Source: Holosporales bacterium
GTDB taxonomy: Bacteria > Pseudomonadota > Alphaproteobacteria > RUG11792
DNA length: 29,552 bases
Direction: 5' to 3'
Assembly (NCBI GenBank): GCA_031279295.1
Contig: JAITIT010000035.1
Location: 1 to 29,552, forward strand
Position numbers and translations under genes: made by a program. The notes beneath the pieces are model-generated. The model saw only the letters and a program-made list of their open reading frames with translations. It was not told where the DNA came from and did no database searches. This document shows, piece by piece, positions 19,286 to 26,697 of this stretch. The first letter of the stretch is position 1. Each line of letters starts with the position of its first letter.

Positions 19286-19540
19286 TCAGTTTACTCCAAC
19301 CTGCAAAAATTCTGAACTACTCTTGATGACGATGTTCCTTATATCAGGAGGATAGATGCCGGTGATTGCGGTCCAGTTTGATGGGATTCGATCAACCGGC
19401 CTGAACTTGTTCGAGTCAGCTTCCTTATCCATATCCTTTTCGCAATCACATCTGATATTCACATCCCCTGGCCAAGGCTGTTCTTCACAAAATACCTGGG
19501 CTTGTATCAGTAATGCTACGAGTAACAATGCTGCTTTCAT
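19286..19540 (-). CDS. Small secreted hypothetical protein (84 aa)
   Basis: Signal peptide MKAALLLVALLIQAQVFC-EE. Co-oriented with trxB and 33 nt from it. Confidence 0.6.
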   Translation of the reverse strand: MKAALLLVALLIQAQVFCEEQPWPGDVNIRCDCEKDMDKEADSNKFRPVDRIPSNWTAITGIYPPDIRNIVIKSSSEFLQVGVN

Positions 19541-19598
19541 CGTGTAGCTCCACGCATCCGTGTTGAAAAATTTCTCAGGTCATGCTACTCGGCAAAGG

Positions 19599-19614
19599 TT
19601 AAAATTCCGTTAAC
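19599..19614 (+). promoter_or_regulatory. CtrA-type binding site TTAA-AATTCCG-TTAAC
   Basis: Exact consensus match. 58 nt upstream of the minus-strand ATG at 19540. Confidence 0.62.
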
Positions 19615-19841
19615 TCTGTTGCATGGTTTTGCGGGGGCTATCATGACATGAGTATCTTATCAACAATTTGCAACCTCCCATATACCACTCTATAGCTGTT
19701 ACACTCCAACGCTACCCATGGAATTGATTAGTTGCTTCAGGATTGTGAATTACTAACCTCCACTAGGCCTTTGATAATTTGGGCTGATCCAGTTGGAAGT
19801 GTGGTAAAATGCTGGGGATGGTAGTCGTGAGACATCACCGA

Positions 19842-21254
19842 ATGGTTAATCTGCCGATAGCGTTTCTCACTGCGATCACCCCTCTGATAGGTGGGCTGTG
19901 CGTGATGTGTATCAGCGATAAGCATATCATAAACATCAAAGCTTCGTCTATCTGGACGTCGTGCTACACACTGTACCTGGCACTTACGACGCTGTGCTCA
20001 TTCGATGCTTCAACTGGAAAGTACGTTGAGGAAATCGGAACATTGGGCGCTACACATGGAAAGTTAACAATTGTGGTAGATGAACTTTCAGCAGTGGTCG
20101 TACCGGTCATCTGTTTCATTTGCTTACTAAGCAGAGTGTGGACCCTTGGTACAGACGTCAGAATGATGAAGGCGCAATTTGTCATGCTCTTTTTCTTCGA
20201 GGCGTTCGCCATACTGGCTTTTTATATGACCGATATATTCCTGTTGTTCATATGCATGGAAGCAACCACGATTCCGATATACACCATAATGTCAACTAGG
20301 GCACCTCCAACTCATGACGCAGTTTTTAGGTTTCTAATATACACAATTGTAGGTGCACTTCTGATACTAGTAGCACTGATAATGATATACCTAGAAACGC
20401 ACACATCGGATCTATATGAGATATACAATGGGGGGGGGGTGAAGGGCCGAGTTGCATTTCTGCTGTTGATATTAGGGATCGCGATCAAAATGCCTATGTG
20501 GCCGTTTTATCATTGGCTTCCTGTTGTACATGTTAAGTCACAGACTACGTGCTCTGTCATCCTCGCCGCCGTTACATTGAAGTTTGCATCGCTGCTGATA
20601 GTACGTTTTGTCGAGCCTCTCTTTCTGAGCGAGCTGATGACCAACAGTGTAATTGTGTCGTGTGTTTCCATAGTCAGCATTGTCTATGCATTGTCACAGC
20701 TCGTGTTTCAGGATGACATCAAACGTATGTTTGCGTACTTCTCTATAATCCATTTGAACATGTACCTGCTTATCCTACTCAGCGGTCTTAGCAAGGGATA
20801 TTTCATCTTCGCGATAATTCAGCATAGCATCACCGTGGCAGCTTTATTTTTCGCAGCAGATGTGGTGAAAAAATCATGTGGCACCAGGCTGATTTCTGAG
20901 CTTAAGAACATCAGCAACATCCCTCCATTCACGAGGAGAATCATGATAGCTGCATTTCTGTTGCTGATATCGGTCCCGTTTTCATGTGGCTTCATATGCG
21001 AGATAATCTCTGTGTATGCAGCTTGGAACATATCAATAGTCCTTACGGTAGCCGTGTTAGCAAGCATTATGATATCGTCGATTTATGCGATCTACGTTTA
21101 TCATATATGCTTCGGCCGGAGAACAGCACAGGAACAGCCAAGTGAGTACGCTAAACACAACGTGGGAGCTGCACAAAAATCAGTACTACTCTCGCTAGTA
21201 GCAGTGGCGCTTCTCTTAGGAATCATGCCAGATCTAGTCCTCAGAATATTCTGA
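19842..21254 (+). CDS. nuoM: NuoM-like (complex I subunit 4 / antiporter-like) membrane subunit, divergent and stand-alone
   Basis: About 14 TM segments; AIKMPMWPFYHWLP, SVILAAVTLK, QDDIKRMFAYFSIIH, GFICE. ATG 19842 preferred; the ORF track starts at 19809. Confidence 0.75.
   Translation: MVNLPIAFLTAITPLIGGLCVMCISDKHIINIKASSIWTSCYTLYLALTTLCSFDASTGKYVEEIGTLGATHGKLTIVVDELSAVVVPVICFICLLSRVWTLGTDVRMMKAQFVMLFFFEAFAILAFYMTDIFLLFICMEATTIPIYTIMSTRAPPTHDAVFRFLIYTIVGALLILVALIMIYLETHTSDLYEIYNGGGVKGRVAFLLLILGIAIKMPMWPFYHWLPVVHVKSQTTCSVILAAVTLKFASLLIVRFVEPLFLSELMTNSVIVSCVSIVSIVYALSQLVFQDDIKRMFAYFSIIHLNMYLLILLSGLSKGYFIFAIIQHSITVAALFFAADVVKKSCGTRLISELKNISNIPPFTRRIMIAAFLLLISVPFSCGFICEIISVYAAWNISIVLTVAVLASIMISSIYAIYVYHICFGRRTAQEQPSEYAKHNVGAAQKSVLLSLVAVALLLGIMPDLVLRIF
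20430..20439 (+). repeat. G10 homopolymer inside the nuoM-like CDS (currently in frame)
   Basis: AAT GGG GGG GGG GTG encodes NGGGV. Confidence 0.85.
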
Positions 21255-21256
21255 TT

Positions 21257-21877
21257 ATGTCACTCAGATTCATAGACTACGGATTGTCAAAATATCCGAT
21301 AGCCTTGCTCGATATGCAGATTGCACATAAAGAAGTGGTAGCTGGTGGTAATGAGTGTGTGCTCATAACTGAACACGAGGCGATGTATTCTGCTGGGAAG
21401 AGTTTCATGGAAAGAGATTTCCTGAAACCTCTGAGCTACCCAGTATACTATCCAAATCGTGGTGGAAGGGTAACTGTGCATGCTGAGGGGCAAATCGTTA
21501 TATATCCCATCATCAATCTCAGGAAGCGGGATATGAGTATCTCGCAGTACGTCAAGACCCTGGAGAACTGGATGATAGATGTTCTGAGGATGTTCCATGT
21601 GAATGCATGTACATCAGATAGAGATATCGGAGTGTGGACACGCAACTCAAAGATAGGCTTCGTCGGAGTACAGGTTAGGAGTGGAGTATCCAGCCACGGC
21701 CTTTGTCTCAATGTATCAAATGACCTGTCAATGTTCGAGGCCATCATTCCATGCGGGATCTCCGGGCTCTCTATCACATCCCTCAGCGAGGTAACATGTG
21801 GAAGAGTTCAGGTGGCTGATGTCAAAGCTGCGTTTATTAAAGCTACTCCGGCTATTCTAGAATGCGCTAACATGTGA
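21257..21877 (+). CDS. lipB: Lipoyl(octanoyl) transferase
   Basis: TEHEAMYSAG, RGGRVTVHAEGQIVIYPI, KIGFVG, SHGLCLN, IIPCGI. Confidence 0.94.
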   Translation: MSLRFIDYGLSKYPIALLDMQIAHKEVVAGGNECVLITEHEAMYSAGKSFMERDFLKPLSYPVYYPNRGGRVTVHAEGQIVIYPIINLRKRDMSISQYVKTLENWMIDVLRMFHVNACTSDRDIGVWTRNSKIGFVGVQVRSGVSSHGLCLNVSNDLSMFEAIIPCGISGLSITSLSEVTCGRVQVADVKAAFIKATPAILECANM

Positions 21878-22289
21878 GGAAGAAGCACATTAAAGGACAA
21901 AGGATGTGCCCTGCCCCTCCTAAAATTGTATCAGAGAGAACGAGGGAGTTGACGTATACTACTGCCATCAATTGGTATATCATGAAGTGGTATGGATTAT
22001 GAAGAAAACGAAGCGCTTGCAAAGTTTTAACGACGCGGTGTTCAGTGCAGCCACGATCAGGGCGAAGGTATGAAACGCTGGCGGCAGGTATGCTAACGCT
22101 TGGGGCAATCTTAGGGTTCTATCTCAGGATCAGAGAACTCCTCTACAACAAAGAAAGAATAATCAGCGACAGAGTTGTGGCAGGCGTAGAGCTGTGCATT
22201 CACCCAATGGTACGCAACAGCACATAAGAATTGATGCAAGAGGGCAGAATGTTGGGCAGGAAGTAAGAGCTTCTATAAAGGAGAAAATA

Positions 22290-22349
22290 GTGCAAAAATC
22301 TAATGGACTCATTCAAGCAATCAATCATGCTGTTGCTCTTGCTGCTTAG
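22290..22349 (+). other. Candidate 19-codon small ORF (MQKSNGLIQAINHAVALAA) with strong SD; C-terminus resembles an ssrA tag
   Basis: AAGGAG at 22278-22283, 6 nt before the GTG. Ends ALAA-TAG. Coding status unproven. Confidence 0.3.
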
Positions 22350-22475
22350 ATAACTCACGCTTTTCAGCTAAAGCCTCTAGCCCCAGTACGGTTGTTTTCT
22401 TTCAGCTCAGGTAACTTTTCTCAAAAGTAGAAGCTCGAGTCTTCCAGAGAGTGCCATTGAGATACAATACAGATC

Positions 22476-23486
22476 TTACTGTTTGTTATATCCGAATCCA
22501 ATTGCGTCTCTTACTTCCGAGACAGTATGAGCTGCTGCCGCTCGTGCCCTCTCGGAACCTTCGCACAGCATGTCTTTGATATCACTATCCTTTACTAACC
22601 CCATTCGCTCTCTTATCGGAGCTAGCAATGTCTGTATCGTGCTGTTCAGGATCGACTTGATGACAGTGTCACCAAGTCCTCCCTTCTGATACCTCGACTT
22701 GAGATCATCGAGTTCGCCCTTATCATCCAGGAATGCATCGAGGTATGCAAAGACTACATTACCCTCTACTCGTCCTGGGTCGGATGCTTTTATGTGGTTT
22801 GGATCTGTGTACATGCTGTTGATTTTCTGTCTAACTACCTCATTCGAATCTGACAGAAAGATTGCATTCCCCAACGACTTACTGGCTTTCGCCTTGCCAT
22901 TGGTTCCCACGAGCCTCCCAACGTTACTAAGGATTGCCTCTGCTTCGACGAGCACGGCCTTACCGTATATCCTGTTGAAGCGTCTTACTATTTCATTCGT
23001 AACCTCTACGAGTGGAAGCTGGTCATCCCCGACTGGAACCAACGTAGCCTTGAATGCAGTGATATCGGCGGCTTGGCTAACAGGATAGCATAAGAACCCG
23101 GCCGTCACCGAATCAGCGAATCTCTTCTGTTGAAGCTCTGATTTAACTGTTGGATTTCTTTCAAGCCTTGCGACAGATACCAAATTTAAAAAATATGATG
23201 TTAACTCAAAGAGCTCAGGGACCATTGATTGTATAAACACAGTGCTCTTCGTAGGATCAATGCCGACAGCCAAGTAGTCTCTACAGACTCCAACTACACT
23301 CTCTGTAATCTTTTTAGGATCGTCAAAATTATCTGACAACGCCTGCGTGTCCGCTATCATCACAAAGCAATCATGGTGTGCTTGAAGTGTAATCCTAGGC
23401 TTAATGGATCCTACATAGTGCCCAAGATGAAGACGCCCAGTAGGTCTGTCTCCAGTTAGCACAATTTGCTTCACGTTACTCCTCAT
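22476..23486 (-). CDS. trpS: Tryptophan--tRNA ligase
   Basis: LTGDRPTGRLHLGHYVG, YPVSQAADI, VPVGDDQ, KASKS (KMSKS variant), MYTDP. Confidence 0.97.
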   Translation of the reverse strand: MRSNVKQIVLTGDRPTGRLHLGHYVGSIKPRITLQAHHDCFVMIADTQALSDNFDDPKKITESVVGVCRDYLAVGIDPTKSTVFIQSMVPELFELTSYFLNLVSVARLERNPTVKSELQQKRFADSVTAGFLCYPVSQAADITAFKATLVPVGDDQLPLVEVTNEIVRRFNRIYGKAVLVEAEAILSNVGRLVGTNGKAKASKSLGNAIFLSDSNEVVRQKINSMYTDPNHIKASDPGRVEGNVVFAYLDAFLDDKGELDDLKSRYQKGGLGDTVIKSILNSTIQTLLAPIRERMGLVKDSDIKDMLCEGSERARAAAAHTVSEVRDAIGFGYNKQ

Positions 23487-23781
23487 CTACAAGCTTCATA
23501 TCATTAATCTCCGTCTTTACCAACAGCTCATTGGAATCTTCGGACAGAGTTGTGTTCTCAGACTCGTCTTCCTCAAACGCGAAATCAGATATGACCAACT
23601 CATCATCCTCGATATCAATAACATCTGTTTCAACAGCCGGCCGGGTGCTTTTCTTCGTGAATAGCTCTACCACCTCGAATGTTTTACCGCAGTTCGGACA
23701 TACAACGGATACCCGCTGCATGTCATAGAAAGGTAATGAACAGGCTGGACAACAAATCTTTTTTCCCCATTCTAATTTCAT
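23476..23781 (-). CDS. TIGR02300 / FYDLN acid-domain protein
   Basis: WGKKICCPACSLPFYDM...CPNCG followed by an acidic tail. ATG 23781 preferred. Confidence 0.88.
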   Translation of the reverse strand: MKLEWGKKICCPACSLPFYDMQRVSVVCPNCGKTFEVVELFTKKSTRPAVETDVIDIEDDELVISDFAFEEDESENTTLSEDSNELLVKTEINDMKLVDEE

Positions 23782-24239
23782 ATCACCACATGCAAATAAT
23801 CTATAGATCACACCGCAGCAATGCTAGCAAGAACAGCGACATGAGTAAAATGAAAAAAGGGAGATGTATCTCACGATCCTCCCAAGCAACAGATGGAAGA
23901 AAGAGGCTCCCCTCTCCAATCTATTCCTCCATTAAATCTACCATCCTCACCAAACTTGAGGTCACTAAGATACTCAAGATACTTATCCTGCACCCCGTAG
24001 GGCTTGAGTATCTCAATGTTTCAGATTCTAAGGATGTATACTCCTTCCGTGTATTGTTGCATATCAGTCGTACGGAGAAAATTTGCCGGCAACCCTTTAG
24101 ACCTTAATATCTTAGTTTATCACCCTACAATTATGAGTATACAACACCGTGGTCATTAGGAGACACACTCTTGAACACAACAAGTACATAACCCGGATAA
24201 TCTCAACAACAATAGGAAAACCGGCAGGTATTAATGGCT

Positions 24240-24737
24240 CTACGCAGCCTGTAAGATAGTTTCCAACTTTCTCCATGCCTCGTCCTCCGCGATTTTTTCA
24301 ATTACCGAAAGCTCACGAGCCAGACGTTCCATTGCCAATTGATAAACCTGTCGTTCACTGAAGGACTGGGTGTTGTTAGTGTTATCTTTATGTAAATCCC
24401 TTATTACCTCTGCTATGGCGTATGGGTCTCCAGAATTTATTTTGATTTCATACTCTTGAGCGCGCCTGCTCCACATGGCCCTCTTTTTTTTCGCTTTTTG
24501 CAACAGTACGCTAAGGGCATTTTTCATATCTTCTTTATCGGTTAAACACCTGAGACCAACCCTCTCTGCCTTCTGTACCGGTAGCCGCAAAACAAGCTTG
24601 CTCTTGGCAACCGAGATTACAAAGAACTCAGTCATCTCTCCGTTAACCACAAATTTTTCAATCGATTCCAGCCTGCCCACTCCGTGGGGAGGATACACAA
24701 CCCAAGACCCAATCTTAAACTTATGAGCGTCGGCCAC
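24240..24737 (-). CDS. carD: CarD family transcriptional regulator
   Basis: FKIGSWVVYPPHGVG, WSRRAQEYEIKINSGD, SFSERQVY. Confidence 0.95.
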   Translation of the reverse strand: MADAHKFKIGSWVVYPPHGVGRLESIEKFVVNGEMTEFFVISVAKSKLVLRLPVQKAERVGLRCLTDKEDMKNALSVLLQKAKKKRAMWSRRAQEYEIKINSGDPYAIAEVIRDLHKDNTNNTQSFSERQVYQLAMERLARELSVIEKIAEDEAWRKLETILQAA

Positions 24738-25018
24738 ACAACACCTCGACCACGTAAATTACCAATTAGTGAAATGCTAGCAAAAAACAAAAAAAAACAC
24801 AACTCTTCCTGTACAATAGGAATTGACAAAAGGCGGCCAAAAGAATGAAAAGCCATGTCTAGAGGGTAACGGATTCTGAGAAGATTGTACACCACAGGGT
24901 GTAAGCTGTATATGATCTTTTAACCAAGGGGAGCTAGGTTATATGGGCACTGGCGCAGTAGCGGAAAGTAGTTGACGCAAGGCCTAACGAGTTAAAAGAC
25001 TATGGGCGTAAATTTTTT

Positions 25019-25056
25019 TTGACAGTACTGTTACGAGTATCTTAACCTGAGATTAG
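25019..25056 (+). promoter_or_regulatory. Putative promoter: TTGACA -35 followed by phased CtrA-like half-sites TTAC-N7-TTAA-N7-TTAG
   Basis: TTGACA at 25019-25024, TTAC 25031, TTAAC 25042, TTAG 25053. Upstream of the 25181 operon. Confidence 0.45.
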
Positions 25057-25180
25057 AGGCGGCCAAATGGGTTGCCCCTGATCTACGTAGAATACCAAAA
25101 CCTGGCCGCGGAGGCCATTCGTTCTCCCCGGCATTATTTATCAACAATCAACACCATAACTTTTGAAAGGAGTTAATCTC

Positions 25181-26674
25181 ATGAAAATACAATTCATATA
25201 TGGCACATACGGGAGCACCGATGAGTGTACCATGAACAACGCACTAAATCTGCACATCATAGAACAAGAGGGGAAAATCCCAAAGGCTACCATTGAGTAT
25301 GACATACAGGATTACGAATACCTCAGACAATTCGACACATGCAGGATAATTCAGGATGGAACCGCATTCTTCAATGGGATCATCACGGCACTTGTAGTGA
25401 ATACGGACACTGTGTCTGTGGAGCTTTCTGCCATCGGAGACGGTTCTCCTCAAAGCAGCAAACAATTATCCGAAGATGACGATGTAATTGACAGATTCAA
25501 AATCGAGAACCCAGACTTATTCGTGTCAATCTTGTCCGGTGAAACTTTAAGAACAGGGGATGTACGCAAATCCAACATGCTAATCCAGCAGTCGGATCGC
25601 ATCCCCTCCCTCGATGGCAAGATCGTAGCAGACTCTCTGAAAATCAGGCGCTTGAAAGACATGCCGATAGGAGAAATGAATCTAGAGATTCTGTGCTCGT
25701 GGATTTCAAAGAGAAACGGTAGCGTTACACTCTCGTCCCAAATCGGTAACAGATTCCGACTCGGGAAAGTCAACACACTAACACCTAAGAAGCTGACCGA
25801 CTCTTGGCCTAGATTCGGAGATCACTTAGCCAGCAACGCAAGGCCCACAAGGTATTTTGTCTCTACATCGAGGCTTGCTAAGAACGATGAATTGCCATTA
25901 CCACCGGTTATAATTGCAGACGATATCCCAAGGCTGACTCTCAAACGCTACTCATTCGATAGCAGGCTTGGGGTCGCATGGGACTACGATCAGTTCATGA
26001 CAGAAATCCTGACGATGACTGTGCTAAACCAGCACGCCCCGAGGGCTAATAAGAAAGCTATGCGGATCAACCTCAAGAACGTGCAGGAGTATGTAGATAA
26101 TGACGATTGCTACAGCTTCTTCCGTTCGAAAAACGGACGTATGATCCTAGACGAAATTCAAAAATCGATCGGAGCCTACATTGCCCTCTCAATGCGAAAC
26201 ATCGAGATCTCATGTGACATTATCGATACCGATAACATGATCAATCTCGATTGCACGAACTGGGTATCCATCGGTGGCATCACTTGCAAGATCACCGGAA
26301 TCGAACGCCAGATTTCTCCGTTTGAGCACCATATCAAGATAATGGCAAGGGGCTTCGAAGATACAATAGCCTCAGATAACCTTATATCTCCAGCACGCCT
26401 TGATGACGCCGAGGTTATTAGCCCACGTATCGAGGATGTAATTCGTGACATAGTAGTCCAGAATGAGAGCGATACCCAATATGAGAAGCTCCTGAGCTAC
26501 ATCGCGGAACAGAGACGCCTCAACAGAATCACAAGCAGAAACTACAGGCGTCTCATCTCAAACTTCCTAAATGAGAATCAGACCAAAATCCAGATTGCCT
26601 TGAAACCACTCAAGACACAGCACTGCGAAAAAAGGACTATCGCACTAGAACCAGTGCATATGTTTCTGCAGTAA
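25181..26674 (+). CDS. Hypothetical protein (497 aa), possibly phage/GTA tail- or baseplate-related
   Basis: Long ORF with SD AAGGAG 8 nt before ATG 25181. No signal peptide or TM and no recognisable enzyme motif. The phage link is inferred only from context. Confidence 0.8.
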   Translation: MKIQFIYGTYGSTDECTMNNALNLHIIEQEGKIPKATIEYDIQDYEYLRQFDTCRIIQDGTAFFNGIITALVVNTDTVSVELSAIGDGSPQSSKQLSEDDDVIDRFKIENPDLFVSILSGETLRTGDVRKSNMLIQQSDRIPSLDGKIVADSLKIRRLKDMPIGEMNLEILCSWISKRNGSVTLSSQIGNRFRLGKVNTLTPKKLTDSWPRFGDHLASNARPTRYFVSTSRLAKNDELPLPPVIIADDIPRLTLKRYSFDSRLGVAWDYDQFMTEILTMTVLNQHAPRANKKAMRINLKNVQEYVDNDDCYSFFRSKNGRMILDEIQKSIGAYIALSMRNIEISCDIIDTDNMINLDCTNWVSIGGITCKITGIERQISPFEHHIKIMARGFEDTIASDNLISPARLDDAEVISPRIEDVIRDIVVQNESDTQYEKLLSYIAEQRRLNRITSRNYRRLISNFLNENQTKIQIALKPLKTQHCEKRTIALEPVHMFLQ

Positions 26675-26697
26675 GTGACTAAGGAGGATACCAAACA

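Noticed and set aside
22045-22227. 60-aa ORF with a hydrophobic stretch
   Set aside because: GTG start without a clear SD, no recognisable motif, and it overlaps a competing frame. Not supportable as a CDS.
22030-22349. Functional canonical tmRNA gene
   Set aside because: No pairing acceptor stem or T stem, no CCA end, and no ANDN-type tag start. Kept only as a low-confidence finding.
21999-24062. TGA read-through or alternative genetic code, suggested by frames broken only by TGA (22071; 24023, 23873, 23810)
   Set aside because: Conserved genes (gatA, yebC, xseA, nuoM-like) end in TGA at their expected C-termini, gatA shows an ATGA overlap, and Trp is encoded by TGG. TGA is a stop.
23679-24107. 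142-aa plus-strand ORF
   Set aside because: It overlaps the FYDLN gene antisense, opposes both neighbours and has no motif.
25059-25109. tRNA gene suggested by the 7-bp GCGGCCA/TGGCCGC stem
   Set aside because: Only 51 nt end to end, with no D arm, anticodon arm or TTCG loop.
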